Positions 43,335 through 57,200 of a DNA stretch of 64,000 nt are shown here, one piece after another. Source of the DNA: Eledone cirrhosa. Lineage: Eukaryota. Within the stretch, counting starts at the first letter, position 1, and each line of letters opens with the position of its first letter. The notes below the pieces were generated by a model. It had not been told where the DNA came from and searched no databases. It worked only from the letters and a program-made list of their open reading frames with translations. Location: NCBI GenBank assembly GCA_964016885.1, contig OZ024742.1:58218001-58282000 (forward strand). Reading direction: 5' to 3'. The translations under genes were made by a program, and so were the position numbers.

Positions 43335-43336
<2 letters not shown>

Positions 43337-44959
43337 AACCTACACTGCTTCGGGCTCACCCCCACTGACATCTACCCGCTCCTATCCGTTGTCGTTGAAA
43401 ACACCTATTTCAATGTTTTCAACCACACATACTGGCAGACTTCAGGGCTACCCATGGGTTCAAGCCTGTCGGATGTGCTAGCAATCTTCTATATGGACAG
43501 CCTAGAATGCAAGGCACTCAACACCTGCCACCCCAACGCTGTCGCCTTCTTCTCAAGATACGTGGATAACATCCTCCTCCTCATTCTCACATCTTATCGG
43601 GAGATGGCAAATGAGATTTACGAGACGTTCAGCAATATGGCCGAGAGTATTAACTTCAGCATTGAGCACCCCAGCAATGATGGATCCCTTGCCCTCCTCA
43701 ACTTCTGAATCAACATCAACTTTTACCGTAAGGCGGCCTGCAGGGACTTGTTTGTTCACTACAAATCTGCCCTCCCTAACAGTGCTAAAAGAGGGTACAT
43801 CACAAACAAGATCATGCAGATTAAAAATAGATGTAGCAATCCCGTGAGTGGTGTCACCCACACCAAGTGGTTCCACAGGGCGCTGGAGATGAATGGATAA
43901 CCAACATCATTTACAGAGTAAGGGACACCAGACACGAGGTCAGTGCTTCCTTAAGATCCCGCACTTGGGCGAAAAAACCACCAACGCTATCCGCAGGGCC
44001 ATACGGAGGGAGGGCCTCGATATCCACTTGGCCTACTCCGGGCCCTGCCTACAGCGATGGCTCTCCAGGAAACCTGACAAATCGGTTAGCATGTGTTCCC
44101 TCAACAACTGTCCAATACACCAGATGAGTTGTTGCTTACGCATGTATGTCGTTTACAAGATCGAATGTGACAAGTGTAATGAATTCTACATCTGTAGCAC
44201 CATCCGGCCACTAATTGATCAAGGAACACATCAACATTAGGGCCTCGTCTTTCCGGAAACACATAATCAAATGTGGAAACAAAGACGGAAGGCCCATTGT
44301 CATAGTGTAGATGGAACACAATGTCGGCACTTTAAGGATCAAGGAGGCACTCTGGATCAAACATCTCGGACCACAATTCAATAATCAAACCAAGACAGTG
44401 AGACATGATGGATGATGTAAACAAATGGAACAACACACGACAATCGAGCAATTGCTATTGTGTGTATATCGTGTCCACCACCCATTGGCCAACAGATAAC
44501 AGGCAGGCAGACTACTATCACCATGCCTGCCACCGACCCCACGATCACAGACCGAAAGTAAAGTTTTGACAGCAATGATGCGTACACACTAACCCACCAC
44601 CACCCCACTACTCTAGTATAGAAGAACTGCTTCAAACTATCCGACCGCAGCTATTCCACGTGCGAGATATAGTATTTCAGTTGTACGCACACGGTAAACA
44701 GCAGAGGCCGCGTGTTGTCCTTCTCCAACATAACTTTATCCACTCAGAAAACCCCAAGTTGATGGATGCGAAATCTGAAATATAGGGACTATTAAATCAC
44801 TTCCAAGGTAACTAGTGTTATTATTTTTTACACTTTTCCTACATTCTTTTACGTTCTCTACGTCTCTTTCTACGCTTCCTCTAACATCTCTCTCTCATTA
44901 CCACCTGGTTCTGTTACCTGGAGATTTATCCATCTGCATTGTTGAGGCTTCCAAAACGA

Positions 44960-44960
<1 letters not shown>
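43335..44960 (+). mobile_element. Penelope-like element 4 (different subclade), 5'-truncated
   Basis: QTSGLPMGSSLSDVLAIFYM, FSRYVDN and GIY-YIG VVYKIECDKC..YICST. Flanked by TA runs. Confidence 0.85.
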
Positions 44961-45001
<41 letters not shown>

Positions 45002-45097
45002 TTCTTTTATCCAGGATTAGCCTCTGCTTTAAATGAACTTTTACCCAGATCGGCTGGTTAGATCAACTTTGATTGGCATCAGTCTAAACAATTATAT

Positions 45098-45190
45098 CTT
45101 CTCTGAAGATTCTATACCACAGCGTTAGCAGCTTACACGTGCGTAAACAGTGTTACTCGCTGTGGTATAGTTGAAACATAATGTAAGAAG
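45098..45190 (+). ncRNA. Hammerhead ribozyme with extended stem II
   Basis: CTTCT-CTGAAGA-13-bp stem CTATACCACAGCG/CGCTGTGGTATAG-GAAAC ATAAT GTA-AGAAG. Confidence 0.82.
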
Positions 45191-45254
45191 TAAAATTTTG
45201 TTTTAAATGAATTGCTCCTCCCTCATTTATATATTTTGCTTATATATATATATA

Positions 45255-45560
45255 TGAGTTCAAGACTAGATTTAGATCACATCTCCACTCTTTTAAAAAT
45301 AAGAAACTCAGGTTCTCTACCTCCCTTGCTATCTATATCACACAATTAATGGAATCTCACATTAGCTACACTACCCAGTGCAGTATAGTAGATCAAGCAA
45401 CGCCTTACAACTCTAGGAAGAATTGTAAGCTATGCCTAATGGAAACTTATATAATAAGCTCACCCTACACACTTATTAATAGCAGAGCGGAAACTGTTAT
45501 AAACTGCCACCACAGACTACAACACTCATTCTATAACTGGTCTTTTGACCAAGGGTAACC
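45255..45560 (+). mobile_element. Penelope GIY-YIG 3' fragment
   Basis: FKTRFRSHLHSF..TSLA..ATPYN..CKLCLME..LINSRAE..C.H. Confidence 0.75.
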
Positions 45561-45889
45561 TTCAATCTCAGCATCAGCCTACATTACGCCACCATTAAGT
45601 ACTTCCTATAATAGTTCAGCTTAAGTAACATATTTAATGATGCTCTTAACCACCCACCTAACATCTGCCTAAGTACTAGCCAACACTTACTGAATTAAAT
45701 CCACTCTGCCAAATCATCCCTATAGCTGATATATACAATATTTTCTAGGAGTGCTTTTCAACCTTTTCACCATGCAGTTACCTCCCTTGGAGATTATGCC
45801 CCTTTCACAGTCACCATTATTATTTTTTGTTTACGATGCACAGCGATTGGTTGGTATATTTATTGACAGACATTTGTATTAACAAACAC

Positions 45890-45945
45890 ATTTCTCTGAA
45901 GAGCCCACATTATTCTTTAATGCAGGTGAAACATCATGTAGGAAT
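45890..45945 (+). ncRNA. Hammerhead ribozyme (partly degenerate)
   Basis: TTTCT-CTGAAGA-...-GAAAC ATCAT GTA-GGAAT, downstream of the Penelope fragment. Confidence 0.6.
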
Positions 45946-46648
45946 TGTATAAATAATTGTTATAACGGCTGGCGACTCCATTTATTCACTTGCTTATATA
46001 TATCTTTACTATAAAGCTGACGGCCATATGTAATTAACAAACTTTCTGCCAAGTGGCTGGACCAAACAGCACCAAATTTGCACCATAGATGTAACTTTTT
46101 CCAAGTAAGAAAGTGGGGGTATTTTAGTCTACTGAATTTTGTTAAAAGATTAAAGACATTATTTAAATATTCACTTCTTTAAAATTTTCAAATGTCAACA
46201 CTTCCGGTTATATGACATTCCTAACGTCTTCACGAACCAAAGTATCATCTTCCTGTTTTCTTTCGGTTGCAACGTTTTTAGAAATATTTACTGCGTTCAC
46301 AGATGATTTTATTAGTTTCAGAAGATCCCGTTAAGGGTGAAAGCAGCGATTGTTTGCTTAAACTTTAATCTGTTATTTCAATATATATATAATTATATAT
46401 TCGTATACAGATATTTTTGCATACACAAAAACAAAATATAAACAAACGTATTTATTTCACGAAAGCACAGACGGCTTATCATCATTATTACTGCCGATAT
46501 GCCACCCAAAAAGTCCTAGCCACGTATGCTAACCAACCTGACTGCTATTTCTAGCAGGTTGGGAATCAATCATAAGGGATTCTCTTTGCGAGTTCGTTCT
46601 CAGTGATGATAGTGTTTCGCGGCCTATGTCTCCGATTCCAACGGTGGA

Positions 46649-46649
<1 letters not shown>

Positions 46650-46709
<60 letters not shown>
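46650..46709. repeat. (CA)n microsatellite
   Basis: About 30 AC units. Confidence 0.95.
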
Positions 46710-46714
<5 letters not shown>

Positions 46715-48241
46715 CAAGACAATGCATTCAATACAGACATTTTCTCTTCTGCCGGTCTTCTCTTGTCATTTGTTAACCTTGGCGAAGCTGGGTACCTCAG
46801 CTAGTATAATATATATATATGTATATATATATAGGAATTAAATGTTAGAGAAAACAATAACAAATTCTTGAACAAATATATATAATACATTTACTCTGTT
46901 TCCGCATCACCAACATGATTCAACATTGAAGATGGATTAGTTGCATCGAGTGCTTTTTTCATATTACGTCATGGTTAACATTGCAGAATGACCAATTCTA
47001 TCCTGTGGTAAACCACCAAATTTAAACAAATAATTGCTCCTTATCCAGTTGAGCGCTTTATGATGTAATGGAGTAGAGGCCCTTTCACTGATGCGGGACC
47101 TTTACCATCGTGGGATTGATAACATACCAGTAGGCATGCCTGCCTCACAACTCGGACCAGGCCCCGAATTAACACCTATCCACACTTGAAGTAATCAAAA
47201 CTCTGTAGGACTTTACAAGTTCTTTCAGACGTCCACACAACCCCGCCTCTTCCTGACGTCCTTTACCTTATTACCTTATATGTTATGTTTCTGGATTTCT
47301 GAGTAACTGCATGGACGGTCACTGTTCAAACTGTGCACTATATCTCACCTGATGTCAACTCTATCCATATTGTATTCTTTTCAAACTATATTCTCAAACT
47401 TAAATTTTGTTTTCGAAACTTTACTATTTTTTTAGCTCTGCAGTTTATTTGTTTATATTACGCCCTATTTGTTATTTTGTATTCCTATATTTTTTTATAT
47501 TTGTATGTTTATTGTTTATCTTTCACTCCTATGACTACTAAAATGTATCATGTCACTCATCCTTTACTAAAATTCTTGTCCCCTATACATTATCTATAGC
47601 AAACTAGATTTACATGAGAATATCTCGACAATCATGACCTTAGCAGTTTCTTCCACAATAGACCCCCTACCATAACTTCGATGGCAAAAAAAGACTCCCA
47701 TAGGAAGATGGAATGGATGGATCAAACCCATATGGACACCCGTAAGAAAACTTACACCCAAGACGAAGGAGCGGGCATTGGCATCAGCATAGCTGGCGAT
47801 ATAGCCAACCTATTTATGGTAACTCTCGTTAAGTAGATGACATTAATATAGTAATAAAAACACCCTAGCAAGAGTGTACAAATAAACCTGAATTAGAAGT
47901 TAACACCAAGGAGAGCTTCCAGCAAATAGTTAATTCCATACACCAGAATATTACAGTAACTATCGACTACCCTTCCAAACACCCTAACAATAGACTACCA
48001 GTATTAGACATTGAACCCTGGTTGCATACTATAAACGAGGAAATCCAAATCCTCCACTCACATTATGCTAAACCCATGGCCTCCAAATAGTAGAAGAGTT
48101 TTAAACTTGGTGCCTCCTGGACGTGTTTGTTTAGGGCTCCGTTTAAGCCAGCAGCAACACATACAACCATGTATGACTTCTCATCAAAAGGGAAACCAAA
48201 CCAAATAATTGAATTATTTACATCAATTGTCCTTAAAAAGC

Positions 48242-51200
48242 TGTAGCGGCCCCTTATGGCTGTGACTCAGCACGTATAGGAGTTGCGTCCCTTTACGACG
48301 GTCGTAACTCAGCACGTATAGGAGTTACGTCCCATTGGCAGATTCATGTACTAAATAGAGTTGCGTCCCCCTGGGCACTATATATTTGAGGACAAGAACA
48401 CCTGAGACCGTGTCAAGAGATGACTCCTGTCTCACTTCCTTCGCCCGCAAGAAGAACACCGGCAGCCTAAAGAAATACTTGAACACCGCCAAGAGAAGAT
48501 TTCTGTTCTTCTCTACACACTCCAGTCTGGGAGTTGTGACCAACTGAACATCTACATGTGGGAACAATTATTTATATTAATTTATTTGACTTCTGTGAAG
48601 TAAAACCATGTCACAACACTCACCTGCAATTATTGTCATTCTTTGATAATTTATATACACTGATACCAATATCCTAAATTGGTGACCCCAATGTGATTTA
48701 AAAAAAAAAAAAAAAAGAATGGGAAATAGTACCATGTGTATATAAAAAAAACGAGAAAAAAAAACGTTTAATACAGAACAACACACTTGATTCTGATATG
48801 GCTGTATTGACCGATCTAAACATATTTCTCTGTAACACTTAACATCAAACTCTTCATATGTGCAAAACGAACACACAAAGTTATTTACACACAAACAAAT
48901 AGCGATTGTATGAACGGTTTTTCTTTTTTTTTCTCCTTTTCTTCTTTTCTCTGGCTAAAAATGTTGAGGATGACAAGATGGCGGCTTTCTTCTCCATCAA
49001 TAGTGTTTTTGGCGCGAACTACTCCGCCATGTTGGTTTTAGTTTTAAGTTCCCTGCCTATACCTTATTAATGACATCGCTCGGTTAGTTGTTCCTTTGCA
49101 TATTGTCCCGGATGCATTCTTTTTCCTGACCAGTTGTTTGACAGAAAAATAAGCGATTTTGTTTTCCTTTTCTGTTGTGTTGGAGACATTTATCCAAATG
49201 GAGACGATTTCTTTTTTTGGCAAATTACCTACGTACACGGGCGACGTAAGGTTATGGTTCGCCCAACTCGAACCATTTTTCGAGGCGAACAGAATTGACG
49301 AGGCACAACAACATCCTCTGGTCCTTAGTGCAATTCCACCAGCACTTATCCCAGCGATTAAGGACCTGGTGTTAGAGACACCCACCGACGCGACGTACGA
49401 GTCTCTGAAGGCTGAAATACTCAGCTGGACTGCACACTCTGCAGAAAAAAGATTTAGGGCTCTGGTCCATCTGGAGCATATAGGTGATGGCACCCCATCG
49501 AACCTCCTAAGGCGAATGAAGGACCTAACGGAGGGGTCAGTAGCGGAAACTGCCATGCTGAAGCAGTTGTTCTCGCGCCTACCGACCAATGTACAGGCAA
49601 TTTTGGCCCCCATTAGCGATACTTGCACGGTGGATCAGCTTGCCGCCTCTGCGGACAAAGTTTTCAAAGTTACGGGTGCTGGAAGCAGCGAAGCCCTTGC
49701 CGCTGTTTGCCAACCAGCTCAGACCACACCTGGCCATGCCATCTGCGCGGCAGCTCCTATAGACAGCTCAGCTATTATGGCGATGCAGAAGGCCATTCAG
49801 GAACTCACCCTGGAGCTCCAGAAGATGAAGGCCTGGTGTGGTGCCCGTTCGCGCCCCCGCAGACGCGGGAGATCTCAATCTTTTAGGCGTCGTTCTAAGT
49901 CACCAGCTTCAGCTTTATACTGGTACCATGAGCGATTTGCTGAGAGCGCGAACCACTGCGTGCAACCTTGCTCGTTTCATAAGGCGGGAAACGCCAGAGA
50001 GGTCCGCTGACGGGGGCAGTTGACCTCAACATAAAGCCACCAAACCGCCATTTCTTCAATAAGGACCTTATGTCCGTAGAGTCATCCGTTACTCTGCAGG
50101 CAGTTAATCACTCGTCTATAAACACGTACGGGCAAATCTCGCTTCCTCTCAAATTCCCAAATCTTTGTAGGGATTTTAGGTGGATTTTTACGGTTGCCGA
50201 TTTCCCATACCCTATCTTAGGAGCGATTTCCTCCACAGCTTCTCTTTAACTGTGGACGTCCATGGCCAACGCCTGGTGGATGACATCACCGGTTTTTCAA
50301 GTCATGGCCGGAAAGCCGATGCTCCAACAGTCAGCCCCATGTAGTAAGACGCCTTACGCCCCCCGTCGGATAATGGACCAGGCCTAGTTGTCTCCCCTGG
50401 TTGAGAACACTATTTAAGTAAGCAGCAGTATTACTTTCTCAGACAAGCCACGGAGACAGCCTTTGTACCACGAAACAGTAGACAGTTTTGGACCACGAGA
50501 TCACACAGATGTCAATACACTGAACTCCTATGCCGAAGCCACAAGGATAGTGTTGGCCGAGCACTGGCTCATAACTGATTTCACTTTACTGGTCCCGTCA
50601 CATTGGTGACCCAGACGTGGCGTTACATTGGTGACCCACGACAATTGTAATACGTTGCCTTCATTTCAACTGATCATGTCTATATTGGTATGTTGTTTCA
50701 TTTGTAATATAACAAACACATAATAGACAAAATAAACATCCTTATTTACATTGTTGAATAGAACTCTCATTGTGGTTATTATCTTGTCTACACACACACC
50801 CACTCACTTGTTATAATCCTATGGAGTACCTATCCTCTCACTTACGAAAATGGTAAATAGACGAGGGACTTTCCCTCACGTCTATATTGATAAACTATCC
50901 AACAAGGATTCATTACCATACTGGTAACCCCAACTAAAGAATTTTACGCAGCCTTTTATTCATTTGAACTTAAATATTTCACTGTTATTACCACATTGCC
51001 AACCTTTTCGCAACTTACAAAAATACACAAAAAAAAAAAAGACAGAAATAATAATGTGTTTATACGGTATTGACAAAGTATACAAAAAACCAGCCAAAAA
51101 TGTTTCCAATATGGCGTTGCTTTTCTCCGTTTTGCAATTTTCCCACCAGGACAGGGACATTTTGAATTGCTTGTGTGCGTTCCATATTTGATCAAGAGAA

Positions 51201-54200
51201 AAACTGTTTTTATGAACATTACTGCCCCGCTGGGGATACACATGCCTTACTTTTTTCCTAAGGGATTTTTAGCCACAGGCTACCTATTGTTGATATCCAA
51301 CGTGGATATATTCTAAAAGAAACATTTTTTTTTTCTCTTTTTCTCGGGTTATATGCTTTGGCTTGCCCGTTGAAGCAACACAAGGGCACAGACGTTGAAG
51401 GAATATATTTTTTTTTTAATATATATATGTACTTTATGTATTTTTGCTATTTCCTAATGTTTTGAATATCTGTTTCTTTTTGACCTTTGATTTTTTTACC
51501 ATTTTGGGTGTTTACTTTTCCCTGTACGAGGGAACATTAATTGCTGTTTCTATTTTTTTTTAGTCGTTTCACAATGAATACGCCACATTTGCCCGCCTTT
51601 AACGGAAACCCTAAGCTGTGGTTCGGCCAGCTACAGGCGTATTTTACGATCTGTAAGACCGAGTCTGACCAGCGCCTTCGTGTCTTGATTAGCGGACTTC
51701 CCCCTAATTTAGCAGATTCAGTTCAAGACCTAATTACAGACCCCTCCCCCCTCTGACTTAACGTATGATTCTTTAAAAGGCGAGATCTTGAGAAGGAACT
51801 GTAAATCGGTAGAGAGTCGTTTTCGGTCATTGATCGAGGACGAACGACTAGGTGACAGAACCCCTACCGCTTTTCTCCGGCATTTGCGGGAATTGAGTGA
51901 TTCCCAAGATCAGGATAGCCCTTTCCTGAAACAATTGTTCTTCTCTCGCCTACCTCAAGAAGTACAGGCGATCCTAGCCCATATGCTAGAGTTAAACACA
52001 CTCGACCACATTGCTGTCTGCCGACAAAATAGTAGAAGTGACGAGAGAGACACTTCGAAGCAAAAGTAGGTTGCTGCCTCTTCTCTTCCTCAATCACGCT
52101 CATCAGCGAGTGGTGAGAAGTTGGTCAAAACTATGGAAGCCATGACTTGTCAAATGGCGGAGTTGTGCCAGGAACTCAGGTCTTTTGGACGGCAGAGGAG
52201 CCGCTCACGATCTTATTCAACTCCTCGCCGCCGTAGCCGTTCCAAATCTTCAAATCCATCATATTGTTATTACCATGACAAATATGGCGACAAAGCCGCC
52301 CGTTGTAGGCCTCCTTGTGCTTACAAGGGAAACGACGACCAGAGTCACTAACGGCGGATAGTGCGCTCTGCGAAACATCATCCAACCGCCACTTTTTTAT
52401 TGAGGACCTGCTATCAGGTAAAGCCTTTCTGGTTGACACAGGTGCAGCTTGTTCAATATGGCCTGTGTTGTATGAAGGAGACTCCCCCGAGTCACCTATT
52501 GAGTTGCAGGCAGTAAATTGTTCGCAGATTCGAACCTTCGGACAAATCTCGCTACCTTTGCAGTTCCGTAATCTGCGGTGCGAGTTTAAATGGATTTTTG
52601 CTGTCGCTGCCTTGCCGTATCCAATTCTAGGCGCGGATTTTCTTCACCATTTTTCATTGACGGTGGACCTCCGAAGTAAACGCCTAATTGATGACATCAC
52701 TGGTTTTTCTGTTGTTGGCAAGGCAGCAGAAGTTCCAACGGTTAGCCCGACCTTTTTTCTTGCTAACACCGGCGATACTTACCATGCGTTGTTGAACTCG
52801 TTCCCGCAACTGACTCAGGGAAATTTTCGAGTTGATGAGCCAACTCATACCACGGAGCACTTCATAACTACAACTGGTGCTCCCGTTTTTTCTCGTCCTC
52901 GTCACTTGCCTCCAGACAAACTCAAAGCAGCACGATCAGAGTTTGATCCTATGCTGCAGTTGGGGATTATTCGTCCGTCCACAAGCTCGTGGGCGTCCCC
53001 ATTACACATGGTACCGAAAGCGACTGGCGATTGGAGACCTACTGGAGATTATCGAAGCTTAAATTCAATAACGGAACCGGACCGTTATCCTATCCCTCAT
53101 CTGCAAGACATTCCAAAAACGGCTATAGTTACGCCATTTGGGTCATTTGAGTTTTTGACCATGCTGTTCGGATTAAGGAATGCCACTAGTACGTTTCAGC
53201 GGTTTATGGATGAGGTTACTCGTGGCCTCGATTTCGTCTATACATATATTGACGACCTGCTCATTGCTAGTTCTTCTCAAGAACAACATACGCACCATTT
53301 AAATCTTCTTTTCCGCCGATTGAAGGCGTATAACGTGCAGATTAATGCACCCAAATGTGTTTTGGGTGCTGAGTCACTGACTTTATTGGGTCACGTCATC
53401 GATGCTGATGGTATTCGACCCCGGCCTGAGCGAGTTAAGGTCATAGAGGATTTGCCTCCACCGACCTCACTACGTCAGTTACGCCAGTTCTTAGGCCTGA
53501 TCAATTTTTATAGGCGTTTCGTGCCAAATTGTGCGAGATTGCTTTTCTCCCTGACGGAAATTTTAAAAAATTGTCGGAAGAAGAATACAGACATTTCTTT
53601 AACCGAGACTCAACTTGCTGATTTTCAGCACGCCAAAACTGCTTTGGCTAATGCTTCTTTACTGGCTCACCCGGTACCCGGTGCAAAGCTAACGCTTTGT
53701 GTTGATGCATCGGATATCGCTCTGGGCGCAGTGCTACAACAAAACATCAATGGTTACCAGCAACCGCTGGAGTTTTTTTCCAGAAAAATGAAACCTGCTG
53801 AGACGCGCTACAGCACCTTTGGAAGGGAGCTTTTAGCCATCTATTTAGCCGTGAAACATTTTTCACATATGCTAGAGGGTAGACTATTTACTATCCTCAC
53901 TGACCATAAACCATTAACTTTTGCGTTGAGAGCGAAGGCTGATAAATACTCGCCCAGAGAAACGAGGCACCTTGATTTCATCTCGCAATATACGAACGAT
54001 ATCCAACACATTCCGGGTTCACTGAATACAGCGGCCGATGCTTTGTCCCGCTTACCCGTGACAGCGATCTCGTCACCCCCTGACATAGATCTGACTCGTT
54101 TGGCTGCGGATCAGCCTCCCCTTGAGTCATTGGATGTTACATCGCCTGAGTTTGCGAATTGCGAGATGAAATACTTGCCTCTGTCGACTGCAGTTGGCCA

Positions 54201-57200
54201 AATTCTCTGCGACGTCTTTTTGGACGTGCCTAGGCCCTTCGTTCCAGAGAATCATCGTCGGACCGTGTTTCTGGCATTACATAGTTTCTCACATCCAGGA
54301 TCTTCTGCCACAGTAAAGCTCATATCAGCTAGATTTTTCTGGCCAAATATGAGGCGTGAAATTGCTGCTTGGTGCCGTTCCTGCGTCACTTGCCAGAAAT
54401 CAAAGTTCCATCGACACGTCAAGGCTCCCTGGGTACCTTTACTAACCCAGATGCGCGTTTTTCGCACATTCACATTGATATAGTGGGACCTTGGCCTGTC
54501 AGCGACGGTTATTCTTATCTGCTGACTATAGTTGACCGTTTTTCGAGATGGCCTGATGCCATCCCCTTGAAAAACATCACCGCTGAGACAACAGCGCGTG
54601 CTCTTGTGTCTGGATGGATCTCTCGTTATGGAGTTCCATCCACAGTAACTACCGACCGTGGACGACAGTTCGAGTCGAGCCTTTTCCTCGAACTGTCATT
54701 TCCACCACCAGTGCTCCAGTGTTTTCGCGTCCACGCCACTTACCGGCGAAAGAATTAAAGGCAGCACTGTCCGAGTTCGACCATATGCTGCAGCTGGCCA
54801 TTATTCACCCATCTACGAGCCCTTGGGCTTTACCGTTACACACGATGCCTAAGACTTCCGGCGACTGGAGATCCACTGGGGATTATAGAAGGTTAAATGC
54901 TATGACCGTCCCGGATAGGTATCCCATTCCCCATCTCCAGGATTTCGCATCTTCATTGCAGGGGTGTAAGATTTTCTCAAAACTAGATTTAGTGCGAGCC
55001 TACCACCAAATTCCGGTCAGGAAGGAGGATATTCCGAAAACGGCGATTACAACTCTTTTCGGATCCTTCGAATTTTTTACCATGCCTTTCGGACTCAAGA
55101 ACACCGCTAGCACTTTTCAGCGGTTCATAGACGAGGTCACTCGTGGTCTGGACTTCGTTTATGCTTACATAGACGATATTCTTGTCGTTAATTCCTCTCC
55201 GGAAGAGCATATGCGCCACATGCATCTCTTATTTCGGTGACTTCAGGATTACCGCGTTCGTGTGAATCCTGCAAAGTGTGTTTTCGGTTCCACTTCGCTA
55301 AATTTTTCAGGCCACCTCATCGACGCCGAAGGTATTAGGCCGCTCCCTCAGCGAGTTCAAGCCAAACGGGATTTACCTCCGCCTACTACACTTCACCAGT
55401 TGTGTCACTTCTTAGGCCTAATCAATTTCTATAGGCGTTTCGTTCCTCATTGTGCTAATTTACTATCTTCCCTTACTGACATTTTGAAAAATCGTTGTAA
55501 GAAGAATGAGAATATTTCCTTGACACAAGGACAGCTTCAAGATTTCCAGACTGCCAAGACAGCACTCGCTAGTTCATCTTTGCTAGCCCACCCAGTACCA
55601 GAGGCCAAGCTTTCGCTTTGTGTTGATGCATCTGATACCGCTGTGGGAGCAGTTTTACAGCAGTTCAACGCTGAAAACCAACAACCTTTGGTATTTTTCT
55701 CAAGGAAGCTGAAACCAGCAGAAACGCGTTACAGCACGTTTGGGTGGGAATTATTAGCCATATATCTGTCGGTGAAACAATTCTCTCATATTCTTGAGGG
55801 GAGAAATTTTACTGTTTTAACCGACCACAAACCTCTGACCTTCTCTTTGAGGGCTAAAGCCGCAAGATATTCGCCCAGAGAGACAAGGCACCTGGACTAC
55901 GTTTCACAATATACAAATGATATCCAGCACATTGCTGGCTCGCATAACATAGCTGCAGACGCATTGTCACGTTTGCCAATCAGCTCCATCTCGTCATCCC
56001 AGGAGATCGACTTAGGTCGTTTAGCTGCAGACCATCCTGCACTCCAATCGTTGGATACTCTTTCTGCTGAATTTGCGACTTGCATCTTCAAATATCTGCC
56101 CTTGTTGACCACCGACAGGCAGATTCTATGTGATTTATCTACGGATTCACTACGACCACTTCTTCCTGAGATTCACCGTCGAATTGTGTTCCTTGCTTTG
56201 CACAGCATTTCTCACCCAGGAATTTCTGCCACAGTAAAGCTTATAACAGCTAGATTTTTCTAGCCCTATATGAGGCAAGAAATTACTGTATGGTGCCGTT
56301 CCTGCACACTGTCAGAGATCTAAAATACAGACACATCCGGACTCCACTTGGTGGAGGGATATTGCCTCGTGGACACATGTATTCGTCAGAAACGATGCGG
56401 TTACTCCACCCCTCACACAACCGTACTCTGGACCCTACCGTGTGTTAGCACGTACAGACAAACATTTCACTGTAGACATTAACGGGTCCAGAGAGACAAT
56501 TTCGGTGGATAGACTAAAAAGGGCATACAATGACGCTCATACACCCGAGCCACAAATACCCCAATCTTTCTCTCTTGTGCATACACCTGCTGCTTTTGCC
56601 CCACCTTCACCTACATACAAGACCACGACCCATTCCTGTCGAAGAGTCCAGTGGCCCAAAAAACTCTGCCAAACTGTTTTCATGTGAACTGGCTACTGGA
56701 GCCTTATTTTTTTTGTGTTTTTCTCTTTATTGTATTACCATGTACCTTCTCATTACCATTTCATGCCCGTGCTGGGAGCCCATGCTTGTGGGTTCGCTAC
56801 AGTTACCTTCGGGCCTTTCGCCTAGCATCTGGAGGAGGGTACTGTAGCGGTCCCTTACAGCTGTGACTCAGCATGTTTAGGAGTTGCATCTCTTTACGAT
56901 GGTCGTAACACAGCACGTATAGGAGTTACGTTCCTTTGCGACGGGCGCGACTCCCATTGGCAGATTCATGTACTAAATGGAATTGCGTCCCCCTGGGGAC
57001 TATATATTTGAGGACTATCAAGGCATAACCCTCTCTCGCATCCTGAACTTCGAAGGGACAAGAAGAACACCTGAGACCTTGTCAAGAGATGACTCCTGTC
57101 TCACTTCCTTCGCCCGCAAGAAGAAGAACACCAGCAGCCTAAAGAAATACTTGAACACCTCCAAGAGAAGAATTCTGTTCTTCTCTACACACTCCAGTCT

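Noticed and set aside
56442-56866. env-like third ORF in Gypsy A
   Set aside because: 56442-56687 is the integrase C-terminal remnant. The other ORFs are short with no convincing env features.
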